Shown here: piece by piece, positions 28,846-39,860 of the stretch | Position numbering within the stretch: the stretch's first letter is position 1 | Layout of the letters: the number at the start of each line of letters is the position of its first letter | From: an uncultured Chromatiaceae bacterium | Lineage (GTDB): Bacteria; Pseudomonadota; Gammaproteobacteria; Tenderiales; Tenderiaceae | DNA length: 64,000 nt | Reading direction: 5' to 3' | Assembly: GCA_945787735.1 (NCBI GenBank) | Contig: CALZIQ010000003.1 | Span: 9,513 to 73,512, forward strand | The notes under the pieces: model-generated | Database searches by the model: none | What the model was told of the DNA's origin: nothing | Seen by the model: only the letters and a program-made list of their open reading frames with translations | Translations under genes and position numbers: made by a program

Positions 28846-29657
28846 ATCAGAATCGTGTTGCTGCAATCCAGATGGCCTCGGGGCCGAATGTAAATGCTAA
28901 CCTTCTCGAGGCAGAGCGCCTTATCGGCAAGGCGGTTGATGCCGGCGCCGGTATGGTGGTGTTACCGGAAAACTTTGCCATCATGGGCTTGAATGAACAG
29001 GACAAGGTCAGCAATCGTGAACAAGAAGGCTCAGGTCCAATCCAGGGCTTTCTGGCTCAACAAGCCAAAAAGCATGGTGTCTGGCTTGTGGGCGGCACTA
29101 TTCCAATGGTTGCAGGCAGTGAGAACAAAGTGCTGGCGGCCTGTCTTGTTTATAACAATGCCGGCGTGTGTGTCGCGCGCTATAACAAAATGCATCTGTT
29201 TGATGTATCGCTCGAAGGCGGCACTGAAAAATACACCGAATCCGAAACCATCGAGCATGGTGACAATGTGGTGGTGATCGACAGCCCCTTTGGTCGTATG
29301 GGGGTAGCAGTTTGTTATGACCTGCGTTTCCCAGAGATGTTTCGTCAGATGCTCGATCAGGGTATGGAGCTGTTGGTGCTACCGGCCGCCTTTACCGCCA
29401 TTACTGGAAAGGCGCACTGGGAGGTGCTGGTGCGCGCTCGTGCCATCGAAAATCTCTGTTATGTGGTTGCCGCGGCCCAGGGTGGTTATCACCTCAATGG
29501 CCGCGAAACCCACGGCGACAGCATGGTGGTTAATCCCTGGGGCGTGGTGATCGATCGCTTGCCACGAGGTTCGGGCGTGGTGATTGCTGATATCGATCGT
29601 AGTCAGCTTGCCTCGATTCGCCGCAGTCTGCCTGCCATCAGTCACCGCCGCATCTAA
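28842..29657 (+). CDS. Carbon-nitrogen hydrolase (nitrilase-superfamily amidase)
   Basis: E-K-C triad context: 'VVLPENF', 'YNKMHLFD' and 'GVAVCYDLRFPE'. It holds the same position (yhdP...tldD) as the C-N hydrolase in Pseudomonas. Confidence 0.85.
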   Translation: MNQNRVAAIQMASGPNVNANLLEAERLIGKAVDAGAGMVVLPENFAIMGLNEQDKVSNREQEGSGPIQGFLAQQAKKHGVWLVGGTIPMVAGSENKVLAACLVYNNAGVCVARYNKMHLFDVSLEGGTEKYTESETIEHGDNVVVIDSPFGRMGVAVCYDLRFPEMFRQMLDQGMELLVLPAAFTAITGKAHWEVLVRARAIENLCYVVAAAQGGYHLNGRETHGDSMVVNPWGVVIDRLPRGSGVVIADIDRSQLASIRRSLPAISHRRI

Positions 29658-29682
29658 ACCAGAAATTAAGGGATGAGCCGCC

Positions 29683-31131
29683 ATGAGTGAAACGTTTGAT
29701 ATCGCCCGCCAAGTTATTCTGCAGCCTGCGGCTATGGACGAGGCCCAGCTTGAAGCTGTGTTGGGCAAGATCATGGGGCATCGCATCGATTATGCTGATC
29801 TCTATTTCGAAACCAGTCGTTTTGAATCCTGGTCGTTGGAAGATGGCATCGTCAAGGACGGTGGTTTCAGCATCGAGCGTGGAGTCGGTGTGCGTGCGGT
29901 GAGCGGTGAAAAGACCGGCTTTGCCTATTCCGACGAAATCTATTTGCCCGCCCTGACCGAGGCCGCCCTAAGTGCGCGGGCGATTGCCGGCAGCGGTCAG
30001 CAAGGCATGGTCAAGGCGTGGAGTGGCCAGCCTGGTAAACATGCGCTTTACGCTGCAGTCCAGCCGTTTGACAGTTTGTCCGAGCGCGACAAAGTAGCCC
30101 TGATGGAGGCTGTTGATGTCGAGGCTCGTGCCCAGGACTCTCGTGTCAAACAAGTCATGGTAAACCTGGTCGGTGCCCACAAGGTCGTGTTGGTGGCGGC
30201 CAATGACGGCACTCTGGCGGCGGATGTGCGGCCCTTGGTGCGCATGAGTGTCTCGGTGGTGGTGGAAGATAATGGCCACCGCGAACAAGGTTCTTCCGGC
30301 GGTGGTGCCAGGCTCGATTACGGTTATTTCGGTGCCGAGTCACGCGCCTTGGGTTACGCCCAAGAGGCGGTGCGCCAGGCGCTGGTCAATTTAGAGGCGC
30401 GCGAAGCACCGGCCGGCACGATGCAGGTGGTGCTGGGGCCCGGTTGGCCCGGTGTGTTGTTGCATGAAGCGGTGGGTCACGGGCTTGAGGGCGATTTTAA
30501 TCGCAAGGGTACGTCGGCCTTTTCCGGCCGCGTTGGGGAACAAGTGGCCTCTGAGCTCTGCACTGTGGTGGATGACGGTACCCTGATGAATCGGCGTGGT
30601 TCGCTCAATATCGATGACGAGGGTGTGCCGAGCCAGTGCACCACTCTGATCGAAAAAGGCATTCTCAAAGGCTATATCCAAGACAAAATGAATGCGCGGC
30701 TGATGGGGGTTGAGCCCACTGGCAACGGTCGGCGTGAATCCTATGCCCACTTACCTATGCCGCGCATGACCAACACTTACATGCTGGCGGGCCAGTCCAA
30801 TCCTGAAGAGATTATCGCCTCGGTGGACAAGGGCTTGTACGCGGTGAATTTTGGCGGCGGTCAGGTAGACATCACTTCGGGCAAGTTTGTCTTTTCTGCC
30901 AGTGAGGCCTACATGATCGAGAACGGCAAGGTGAGTTACCCGGTCAAAGGTGCGACGCTGATCGGCAACGGCCCTGACGCACTGACCCGTGTTGGCATGG
31001 TGGGCAATGATTTAAAACTGGATGAAGGTGTGGGCACCTGCGGCAAAGAAGGTCAGAGTGTTCCCGTTGGCGTGGGTCAGCCGACTATGCGCATCGATGG
31101 GCTGACCGTGGGTGGTACTTCGGCGGAATAA
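29683..31131 (+). CDS. tldD: Metalloprotease TldD
   Basis: '[11 protein letters not shown]' motif; about 481 aa; paired with pmbA nearby. Confidence 0.93.
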   Translation: MSETFDIARQVILQPAAMDEAQLEAVLGKIMGHRIDYADLYFETSRFESWSLEDGIVKDGGFSIERGVGVRAVSGEKTGFAYSDEIYLPALTEAALSARAIAGSGQQGMVKAWSGQPGKHALYAAVQPFDSLSERDKVALMEAVDVEARAQDSRVKQVMVNLVGAHKVVLVAANDGTLAADVRPLVRMSVSVVVEDNGHREQGSSGGGARLDYGYFGAESRALGYAQEAVRQALVNLEAREAPAGTMQVVLGPGWPGVLLHEAVGHGLEGDFNRKGTSAFSGRVGEQVASELCTVVDDGTLMNRRGSLNIDDEGVPSQCTTLIEKGILKGYIQDKMNARLMGVEPTGNGRRESYAHLPMPRMTNTYMLAGQSNPEEIIASVDKGLYAVNFGGGQVDITSGKFVFSASEAYMIENGKVSYPVKGATLIGNGPDALTRVGMVGNDLKLDEGVGTCGKEGQSVPVGVGQPTMRIDGLTVGGTSAE

Positions 31132-31641
31132 TTACTCGTCGTCGCTTTCGAAAATGTCGCGAATGAGTTTGAACAGGCTGCGCGCTGACTTGGGTGGTTT
31201 GCTCTGTTTGACTTCGCGTGCGGCGCTAAGCATCAGCTGACGCAGTTGTTGCCGGTCGGCCTGCGGGTATTGGCCGATGAATTCGTCCAGTGCAGTTTGG
31301 CCCTCGTTGATGAGACGGTCGCGCCACTGTTCCATGGCGTGAAAACGGGCGGTGGATTGTTGGCCGCAGAGGCGAATGGCATCGAGTGCCTTTTGGATGG
31401 GTTCCGGGTCGATGTCGCGCATCAGCCGGCCGATGAATTGCATTTGCCGGCGCAGGGCGCCATGGCTTTTGAGTCTGCGGGCTTCATGGATGGCATCGGC
31501 CAGTGTTTCCGGTAGCGGAATCTTGGTCAGGTCCTTGGCGCTTAGTTTGACTATATCAGTGCCCAGCGCCTGTAACGCGTCCATTTCGCGTTTAAGCTGG
31601 GATTTGCTTTTGGGGAGTTCGGTATCGTCTTCTGCGTGCAT
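31132..31641 (-). CDS. yjgA: Ribosome-associated protein YjgA/DarP (DUF615)
   Basis: 'KSKSQLKREMDALQALG..IV.L' and 'RRQMQFIGRLMR', divergent from pmbA as in E. coli. Confidence 0.85.
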   Translation of the reverse strand: MHAEDDTELPKSKSQLKREMDALQALGTDIVKLSAKDLTKIPLPETLADAIHEARRLKSHGALRRQMQFIGRLMRDIDPEPIQKALDAIRLCGQQSTARFHAMEQWRDRLINEGQTALDEFIGQYPQADRQQLRQLMLSAAREVKQSKPPKSARSLFKLIRDIFESDDE

Positions 31642-31671
31642 GGTCGCGATTTTACCATGGAGACAGAGGGT

Positions 31672-31750
31672 GTAGGGTGTGCACTGCGCACCGATTTAAT
31701 GTTGGGGTTCGCATCGCAATGGTGCGCAGTGCGCACCCTACATTTTTTTT
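31672..31750 (+). repeat. REP-like 21-bp inverted repeat (hairpin) followed by T8
   Basis: GTAGGGTGTGCACTGCGCACC (31672-31692) pairs with GGTGCGCAGTGCGCACCCTAC (31721-31741), with one G:T mismatch. The loop is 28 nt. A + TTTTTTTT (31743-31750) follows, then AGGAG. Confidence 0.8.
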
Positions 31751-31762
31751 AGGAGCAACAGC

Positions 31763-33115
31763 ATGGCGCAGATGCCAGTGATAAAAAATTCGATCTACAC
31801 GCAGGCGCAGCTGGAAGGCTTGGTGGAGCAGATTCTGGCTGAGTCGAAACAACTGGGAGCTACATCGGTCGAGGCAGCGCTGAGCATCGAGTCCGGGCTA
31901 TCGGTAAATGCCCGCATGGGTGAGGTGGAAACGGTTGAGCATAATCACGACAAGGGTTTGGGCGTAACGGTCTACTTCGATCAGCGCAAGGGTTCAGCCA
32001 GCACGTCTGATTTTGGTGATGAAGCAATCCGTGACACGGTTGCCGCTGCCTGCCGCATCGCACGTTATACCGCCGAAGATGAATATGCCGGCTTGGCCGA
32101 TGCGTCACTAATGGCCAAGGATGTGGTTGATCTTGACCTTAATCATCCGTGGGAAATCACGCCTGAGCGTGCCATCGACCTGGCCTTGGAAAGCGAAAAT
32201 GCGGCGCGTAGTTATGATGAACGCATCGTCAACTCCGAAGGCGCCAGCGTCAGTAGTCATCAGTCTTATCGTGTTTACGGCAACAGTCATGGCTTTATCG
32301 GTGCCTATGGCGGCACACGTCACGGTATCAGTTGTTGTGTGGTGGGTCAGGAGCACGATGCTATGCAGCGTGACTACTGGTATACCTCGTCGCGCGATGC
32401 ATGTGGCCTGGAGGCACCCGACATGGTTGGGCGCAAGGCGGCTGAGCGTACCGTCAAACGCCTCGGTGCGCGGCGCATGAAGACCCGTTCCGCGCCGGTG
32501 ATTTTTTCGGCCGAACTGGCCAGTAGTTTGATCTCCAGTTATCTTAGCGCCGTTCGTGGTGGCGCCCAGTATCGCAAGTCCTCCTTTTTACTTGATTGCG
32601 CCGGTGAGCAGGTGTTTCCCGAGTTTGTCCAGATTAACGAAAACCCGTTGTTGCCTCGTGGTCTGAGCAGTGCACCGTTTGATCGCGAAGGCGTAGCGAC
32701 GCGTGATCGTGAACTAGTAACAAATGGTGTGTCGCAGGGTTATATCCTCGACAGTTACTCCGCTCGCCGTTTAGCCTTGCAGACCACCGCCAATGCCGGC
32801 GGCACGCGGAATGTGTTTGTCTCGCATGGCGATGATGATCTCTATGCGCTGTGCCGCAAGATGGATACAGGCCTGCTGATTACCGATATGATGGGCCACG
32901 GCACAAATATGGTGACGGGGGATTATTCCCGCGGCGCGGCAGGTTACTGGGTGGAAAAAGGTGAGATTCAGTATCCAGTCGAGGAGCTGACCGTGGCGGG
33001 TAATTTAAAACAGATGTTCATGGATATTATCGCCATCGGTAACGATGTGGACGAGCGCGGCAATGTGCGCAGCGGTTCTATCTTGCTCGATAAGATGACC
33101 ATTGCCGGTGAATAA
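31763..33115 (+). CDS. pmbA: Metalloprotease PmbA (TldE)
   Basis: 450 aa, collinear with the PmbA family ('GYILDSYSARRL', 'LITDMMGHG.N..TGDYSRGA.G'). Partner of tldD. Confidence 0.9.
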   Translation: MAQMPVIKNSIYTQAQLEGLVEQILAESKQLGATSVEAALSIESGLSVNARMGEVETVEHNHDKGLGVTVYFDQRKGSASTSDFGDEAIRDTVAAACRIARYTAEDEYAGLADASLMAKDVVDLDLNHPWEITPERAIDLALESENAARSYDERIVNSEGASVSSHQSYRVYGNSHGFIGAYGGTRHGISCCVVGQEHDAMQRDYWYTSSRDACGLEAPDMVGRKAAERTVKRLGARRMKTRSAPVIFSAELASSLISSYLSAVRGGAQYRKSSFLLDCAGEQVFPEFVQINENPLLPRGLSSAPFDREGVATRDRELVTNGVSQGYILDSYSARRLALQTTANAGGTRNVFVSHGDDDLYALCRKMDTGLLITDMMGHGTNMVTGDYSRGAAGYWVEKGEIQYPVEELTVAGNLKQMFMDIIAIGNDVDERGNVRSGSILLDKMTIAGE

Positions 33116-33143
33116 TTCGGCCTGAGCGCCGATAGAGTCAGGA

Positions 33144-33971
33144 ATGAATTCAACAGACCACAACAAGGATGATGTGCTGGTGCGCGTGCGCGGGCTGAGT
33201 TTTAGTCGGGGCTCGCGCAAGATCTTCGACGGTATCGATCTCGATATTCATCGCGGCAAAGTGACGGCCATCATGGGGCCAAGCGGTACCGGCAAGACAA
33301 CGCTACTGAAATTGATCGGCGGTCAGTTGCGCCCGGATGCGGGCAGTATTGAGGTGGATGGCGAGAATGTGCATCGCCTCAGCCGTTCCGATTTGTTCGA
33401 ACTGCGCAAGCGCATGGGCATGCTGTTTCAGAGCGGTGCTCTACTAACTGATATAGATGTCTTCAATAATGTCGCCTTTCCAGTGCGTGAACACACCAAA
33501 CTGCCGGAAGCGCTGATCCGTGATCTGGTGTTGATGAAGCTGGAGGCGGTTGGCCTGCGTGGTGCGCGCGAGTTGATGCCGAGTGAGCTTTCAGGTGGCA
33601 TGGCCCGGCGTGTGGCTTTGGCCCGTGCCATTGCGCTCGATCCGATGATGATCATGTATGACGAACCTTTTACTGGCCAAGACCCTATCTCCATGGGAGT
33701 ACTGGTGCAGTTGATCCGCAAGCTCAATGATGCGCTCGATCTGACCAGTGTGATCGTCTCACACGATGTGGCCGAGGCCTCGGCTATCGCAGACTATATT
33801 TATGTGCTCTCGGGTGGACAAGTCGTCGGGCAAGGCTCGCCTGAGGAATTGGCGCAAACCGATTCGGCCTGGGTGCGGCAGTTTATTAACGCCGAGCCGG
33901 ACGGTCCGGTGCCGTTTCATTATCCGGCGCCGGATTATATCGAGGATCTGATGGCGGGGGTGTCGGAGTGA
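33144..33971 (+). CDS. mlaF: Phospholipid ABC transporter ATPase MlaF
   Basis: Walker A 'GPSGTGKTT', signature 'LSGGMARR' and Walker B 'IMYDEP'; first gene of the mla cluster. Confidence 0.9.
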   Translation: MNSTDHNKDDVLVRVRGLSFSRGSRKIFDGIDLDIHRGKVTAIMGPSGTGKTTLLKLIGGQLRPDAGSIEVDGENVHRLSRSDLFELRKRMGMLFQSGALLTDIDVFNNVAFPVREHTKLPEALIRDLVLMKLEAVGLRGARELMPSELSGGMARRVALARAIALDPMMIMYDEPFTGQDPISMGVLVQLIRKLNDALDLTSVIVSHDVAEASAIADYIYVLSGGQVVGQGSPEELAQTDSAWVRQFINAEPDGPVPFHYPAPDYIEDLMAGVSE

Positions 33972-34744
33972 TCGACTGGCTACGACAACTGGGTCGATCT
34001 GGGCTGAGTTTTTTTGAGCGCCTCGGTCGGGGGCATCTATTTTTCTTCTCAATTCTTTCGGGGCTGCCCAGCCTGCTGCCGCGTGGTCATTTGTTGCTGC
34101 AACAGTTGCACTCAGTGGGTGTCTTATCGCTGCTGATTATTTTGGTGTCGGGATTGTTTGTCGGCATGGTGTTGGGTTTGCAGGGCTACAATACGCTGGT
34201 GGACTTTGGCGCCGAGGAATCGCTCGGGGTGATGGTGGCGCTGTCTCTGGTGCGTGAACTGGGGCCGGTGGTGACGGCGCTGCTGTTTGCCGGTCGCGCC
34301 GGTTCGGCCTTGACGGCTGAGATCGGTTTGATGAAAGCGACTGAGCAATTGTCGGGTATGGAAATGATGGCGGTAGACCCGATCAAGCGGGTGATTGTGC
34401 CGCGCTTTGTTGCCGGCATGATATCGATGCCTTTGCTGGCGGCGATCTTCAGTGCCATCGGCGTGATGGGTGGTTTTTTCGTCGGTGTCGGTCTGCTGGG
34501 AGTGGATGACGGTGCCTTCTGGTCGCAGATTCAAGACCGAGTCGATTTTTACGATGATATTGTCAACGGCATAATTAAGAGTATCGTCTTCGGCATTGTG
34601 GTGACCTGGATTGCGGTGTTTGAAGGCTACGACGCTGTTCCTACTTCAGAAGGGGTAAGCCGGGCCACCACACGCACGGTGGTGCATGCTTCACTGGCGG
34701 TGTTGGGTTTGGATTTTGTCTTGACGGCACTCATGTTCGATTAA
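33968..34744 (+). CDS. mlaE: Phospholipid ABC transporter permease MlaE
   Basis: 258-aa polytopic protein with 'REL.PV.TAL..AGR.GSA.TAEIG.M' (MlaE/Ttg2B motif). 4-nt overlap with mlaF. Confidence 0.9.
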   Translation: MIDWLRQLGRSGLSFFERLGRGHLFFFSILSGLPSLLPRGHLLLQQLHSVGVLSLLIILVSGLFVGMVLGLQGYNTLVDFGAEESLGVMVALSLVRELGPVVTALLFAGRAGSALTAEIGLMKATEQLSGMEMMAVDPIKRVIVPRFVAGMISMPLLAAIFSAIGVMGGFFVGVGLLGVDDGAFWSQIQDRVDFYDDIVNGIIKSIVFGIVVTWIAVFEGYDAVPTSEGVSRATTRTVVHASLAVLGLDFVLTALMFD

Positions 34745-34754
34745 GGAAACGGTC

Positions 34755-35228
34755 ATGTTTCAAAGTAAAAATATAGAAATTCTTGTCGGTATATTTGTCG
34801 CCGCCGGGCTGGGCGCGCTGTTTGTCTTGGCCATGAAGGTCAGCAATCTGAGCGCCTTCAGCGATGAAGGTGGTTATCCGCTGATTGCGCGTTTTGACAA
34901 TATCGGTGGTCTGAAGGTGAGGGCGCCAGTGACCATGGCCGGGGTGCGTATTGGCCGGGTGGAGCAGATCGGTTTTGATAACAAAACCTTCGAGGCTGTG
35001 GTGACCCTGAATATCAGTCATCAATATGATCAGTTGCCCAAAGACACCAGTGCCAGCATTTTCACCTCGGGCTTGTTGGGTGAGCAGTATGTGGCGCTAG
35101 AGGCGGGGGGTGAGATGGATAATATGCAGGCCAATGATCATTTCATTATTACCCAGTCAGCGCTAGTGCTGGAGGAATTAATTGGTCAATTCCTGTTTAA
35201 GACGGCTGAAGGGGGCGGCAGCGAGTGA
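34755..35228 (+). CDS. mlaD: MCE-domain substrate-binding protein MlaD
   Basis: N-terminal TM followed by the MCE domain 'F.N..GLKV.APV..AGV.IG.V'. Confidence 0.9.
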   Translation: MFQSKNIEILVGIFVAAGLGALFVLAMKVSNLSAFSDEGGYPLIARFDNIGGLKVRAPVTMAGVRIGRVEQIGFDNKTFEAVVTLNISHQYDQLPKDTSASIFTSGLLGEQYVALEAGGEMDNMQANDHFIITQSALVLEELIGQFLFKTAEGGGSE

Positions 35229-36586
35229 GAAAGCTGTTTGCACTGACCAGTCTGATATCTAGCTTGAGCTTAATCTCGCCGCTGTCGGCAGAGACGTTCG
35301 ATCTGGAACAGGCTATTGAACGTGCCTTACATAGTGACCCACGCATCGAAGAGCGTGAATACCTGGTCGATGCCGCGCAGGGCTTGCTGCAAGAGGTAGA
35401 AGGCCATGGCGGGTGGTTCGTCGAAAGCAATGCCTTTGTCGGTCTGACAAACCAGGTGGATGGCAATATTTATGAAGGCGGCACCTGTACTGCAGCCAAG
35501 TGTGAACTGCGTGATGACAAGTATGAGTTCAATGGTCTTTCGCCCTGGTTCTACGCCAAGATGGCCTTGATTAAACCGCTGTATAGCTTTGGTAAGTTGG
35601 AAAACTATTCTGAAGCGGCGCGCGCCAATATCGATATCAAAGGTGGGGATGTACGTCTGCAGCGGGCCGCCACGGTATTGGATGTAAAGCGGGCCTATTA
35701 TGGTTATCTGGCCGCCCGTGATGGCCGCCACCTGTTAGAAGATGTGGACAAGCGGTTGCAAAGCGCGATTGATCTGATTGAAGGCTGGCTGGAGGAAGGA
35801 GAAGGCGAGGTGAAACAATCCGATCTGTATGCGCTGCAGTCTGGCCAGGCGCTGGTGGGTAAATACCATGCCCAATCCGCAACGCTGGAAAAGATCGCCC
35901 TGGACGGCCTGAAGGTAGTCACCGGAATTGGGTTAGAGCAGGATCTTGAAGTGGCCGACCGTCGCCTGCGGCCGTTGCCCGAGCCGGAATTTTCCTTGTC
36001 TGAGCTAAAGCAGCAGGCCCTGCAACAGCGCCCAGAAATGGAGCAGCTGGAGGCCGGTCTGAAGGCTCGCCGTTCACTGGTGGCGGCCAACAAGTCTGAG
36101 AGCAAGCCGAATATCTATGCCGGTTTGGGCGGCGTGCTGTCCTATTCGCCTGGGCGTGATCGTCTGGATAGCCCGTACATTTCTGATCCATTCAATGAAG
36201 GTGCCCTGACGCCTGTTCTGGGCGTGCAGTGGAGTTGGTCTAAAGGTGTGCAGTCGGGCAAAACAGTAACAGCGCAGGCGGAGCTCGATGCGCTAATTGC
36301 CAAATCGAGCTTTGCCCGTCAGGGCATTCCGTTTCAGGTGGCTGAGCAGTTCTATCAGGTGCAGGGTCACTATGAGGCAGTGCAAAAACTGGAGCTGGCC
36401 GGCCGCACAGCACGCCGCTGGATGATCGCCAGTTACACTGATTTTGAAGCCGGGCTGGAAAAAGCCGAAAAGATTATGACGGCCATGCAGGCCTATGTGC
36501 TGGCGATGACCGATTATGTGCAGACCACATTTGAATACAATATGCATGTGGCGCGTTTGGAAAATGTTGCGGGGATGAGCAAATGA
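35225..36586 (+). CDS. TolC-family outer-membrane channel protein encoded inside the mla operon
   Basis: Signal peptide followed by 'FDLEQAIERALHSDPRIE'. Two OEP repeats are present ('LDVKRAYYGYLAARD...' and 'LKQQALQQRPEMEQLEAGLKARR'). GTG start overlaps the mlaD stop; ATGA overlap with mlaC. Confidence 0.8.
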   Translation: MRKLFALTSLISSLSLISPLSAETFDLEQAIERALHSDPRIEEREYLVDAAQGLLQEVEGHGGWFVESNAFVGLTNQVDGNIYEGGTCTAAKCELRDDKYEFNGLSPWFYAKMALIKPLYSFGKLENYSEAARANIDIKGGDVRLQRAATVLDVKRAYYGYLAARDGRHLLEDVDKRLQSAIDLIEGWLEEGEGEVKQSDLYALQSGQALVGKYHAQSATLEKIALDGLKVVTGIGLEQDLEVADRRLRPLPEPEFSLSELKQQALQQRPEMEQLEAGLKARRSLVAANKSESKPNIYAGLGGVLSYSPGRDRLDSPYISDPFNEGALTPVLGVQWSWSKGVQSGKTVTAQAELDALIAKSSFARQGIPFQVAEQFYQVQGHYEAVQKLELAGRTARRWMIASYTDFEAGLEKAEKIMTAMQAYVLAMTDYVQTTFEYNMHVARLENVAGMSK

Positions 36587-37191
36587 AACAGTTAAGCTTG
36601 GTATGTGTGATGTTGCTGGGGGTGTTTTCCGGCCCGGTGTTTGCCAGCCAGGCACCGCAGGACATGGTGAAAGAAACCTCGCAACTGATGCTGGACAAGC
36701 TACGCCAGGAAAAAGAGGTGATCAAGGCCGACCCTAACCGCATCTATGCGCTGGTCAACCAGATCGTTATCCCTCATTTCGATTTTGAATACATGTCACA
36801 AATGGTGTTGGCTAAATACTGGCGCCGCGCTTCTGATAGCCAGCGTGCTGCCTTTACCGAAGAGTTCAAGCAGCTTTTGGTGCGTACCTACGCCACTTCG
36901 CTGAACGAATATGCAGATCAGGAAGTCATCTATCTGCCTTATCGGGCGGGCAGAGATGAAAATCAGGCCATGGTGCGCACCGAGGTGGAGCAACCGGGCA
37001 GTTTCCCGATCCCAATTGATTATCGCCTGCGCCAAAACAGCAGTCAGTGGAAGGTATTTGATGTGGTGATTGATGGCGTCAGTCTGGTCACTAATTACCG
37101 CACCAGTTTTGCCAAGGAGATCCGCTCAGGTGATCTGGACAGCCTGATCAAAACGCTGGCCGATCGTAATGAAGAGGTCAGGACTCAGTGA
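36583..37191 (+). CDS. mlaC: Periplasmic phospholipid-binding protein MlaC (Ttg2D family)
   Basis: Signal peptide, 'I.PHFDFEYMSQMVLAKYWRRAS..QR..F..EFK.LLVRTY' and 'WKVFDV.IDGVSLV.NYR'. Confidence 0.9.
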   Translation: MKQLSLVCVMLLGVFSGPVFASQAPQDMVKETSQLMLDKLRQEKEVIKADPNRIYALVNQIVIPHFDFEYMSQMVLAKYWRRASDSQRAAFTEEFKQLLVRTYATSLNEYADQEVIYLPYRAGRDENQAMVRTEVEQPGSFPIPIDYRLRQNSSQWKVFDVVIDGVSLVTNYRTSFAKEIRSGDLDSLIKTLADRNEEVRTQ

Positions 37192-37487
37192 CTGAGGCTC
37201 GTTTGGAACGCCAATCGCCCGGCCAGTATGCCTTGGTGGGTGAGCTGAGTTTTGCCAGTGTGCCTGGGCTGGTTGGCTTGGGAGTGTCGCTTTTTGATGG
37301 TGTGGATGCGGCTAGTTTGGACCTGTCCCAGGTTGATCGCAGCGACAGCGCCGGTCTGGCTTTGCTGGTGAGTTGGGTCAGGTTGGCGCGCCAGCAAGGA
37401 AAACAGCTCAGTTTAGTACAGATTCCGCCGCAATTGCTGGGCATGGCTCGCGTCAGCGGCGTCGACCATATCCTTTCTCTCGATTAG
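37188..37487 (+). CDS. mlaB: STAS-domain protein MlaB
   Basis: 99 aa; 'L.G.L.F......L......D...LDLS.V...DSAGLALL' STAS pattern; 4-nt overlap with mlaC. Confidence 0.8.
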   Translation: MTEARLERQSPGQYALVGELSFASVPGLVGLGVSLFDGVDAASLDLSQVDRSDSAGLALLVSWVRLARQQGKQLSLVQIPPQLLGMARVSGVDHILSLD

Positions 37488-37651
37488 TCCGGATTATTTT
37501 CTTCTGCCTGAAAACTTCTGCGCCGCATGGCTGCAGTGAGTCTTGCATGGCGCTAACTGCGTGTTTGGGCTTAATTAAATCCATCAAAAAAGGTATCCTA
37601 TGCGGTTCTTGATTTTTCGAATGGAATTCGCCGAAGGTAGGGCGTGAGTAG

Positions 37652-37894
37652 ATGCGAGCAGAACAGATCAAACAGATGATTGAGGCGGGCCTGCCCGGCA
37701 GTCAGGTGCAGGTGTTCGGTGACGACGGTCAGCATTTCGACGCCATCGTTGTCGCCGAGGCTTTTGCCGGCAAAGGCATGGTGCAACAGCATCAGATGGT
37801 CTATGCCACCCTAGGCGGCCAAATGGAGAGTGGGGTGATTCACGCCCTGGCATTGAAGACGTATACCCCCGAGGCATGGGCAAAGGCACAATAA
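37652..37894 (+). CDS. ibaG: BolA-family protein IbaG (YrbA)
   Basis: 80 aa; 'DG.HF.A.VV...F.G...V..HQMVY..L......IHAL.LKT'; located immediately before murA as in E. coli. Confidence 0.85.
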   Translation: MRAEQIKQMIEAGLPGSQVQVFGDDGQHFDAIVVAEAFAGKGMVQQHQMVYATLGGQMESGVIHALALKTYTPEAWAKAQ

Positions 37895-39154
<1,260 letters not shown>

Positions 39155-39166
39155 GTGCCTGAGTGA

Positions 39167-39829
39167 GTGAAGGATAAAAGCGTGAGAAATACGTTGACCA
39201 TTGCCGTGTCCAAGGGCCGTATCTTCAAGGATGCCCTGCCGTTGCTGGCCGGGGCGGGCATTGTGCCTAAGGATGACCCGGAAAGCAGTCGCAAACTGAT
39301 TTTGGATACCAGCCGCGATGATGTGAAACTGGTGCTGATCCGTGCCTCGGATGTGCCCACCTATGTGGATTACGGTGCGGCTGATATCGGCATCGCCGGC
39401 AAGGATGTGCTGATGGAATATGAGGGCGACGGCCTCTATGAATTGCTCGACCTGAAGATTGCCCGCTGCAAATTGATGGTGGCCGGGCCGGAGGGTTCGA
39501 ATACCGACTCAACTCCGCTGCGTATCGCCACCAAATACGTCAATTCGGCCAAGCGTTATTTTGCCGATCAGGGCAAGCAGGCCGAGCTGATCAAACTCTA
39601 CGGCTCGATGGAGCTGGCACCGCTGGTGGGGTTGTCTGATCACATTGTCGATGTGGTCGATACTGGCAATACCTTGCGTGCCAATGGCCTGGTGCCACTG
39701 GAGCACATCGCTGACATCAGTTCGCGTCTAATCGTCAACAAAGCCTCGATGAAAATGAAACACGCCGCGGTCAAGCTGTTTATCGACAATGTTGCCAAGA
39801 CAGTTGCGCAGAACAATCCGGACAATTGA
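39167..39829 (+). CDS. hisG: ATP phosphoribosyltransferase, short (HisZ-dependent) form
   Basis: '[10 protein letters not shown]', 'DVPTYV..GAADIGI.GKD' and '[16 protein letters not shown]'; about 215 aa with no C-terminal regulatory domain. An alternative start is GTG 39182 (GAAGGA 7 nt upstream). Confidence 0.9.
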   Translation: MKDKSVRNTLTIAVSKGRIFKDALPLLAGAGIVPKDDPESSRKLILDTSRDDVKLVLIRASDVPTYVDYGAADIGIAGKDVLMEYEGDGLYELLDLKIARCKLMVAGPEGSNTDSTPLRIATKYVNSAKRYFADQGKQAELIKLYGSMELAPLVGLSDHIVDVVDTGNTLRANGLVPLEHIADISSRLIVNKASMKMKHAAVKLFIDNVAKTVAQNNPDN

Positions 39830-39860
39830 TTCAACCTATTTGATAGGAGCAAACCCAGTC

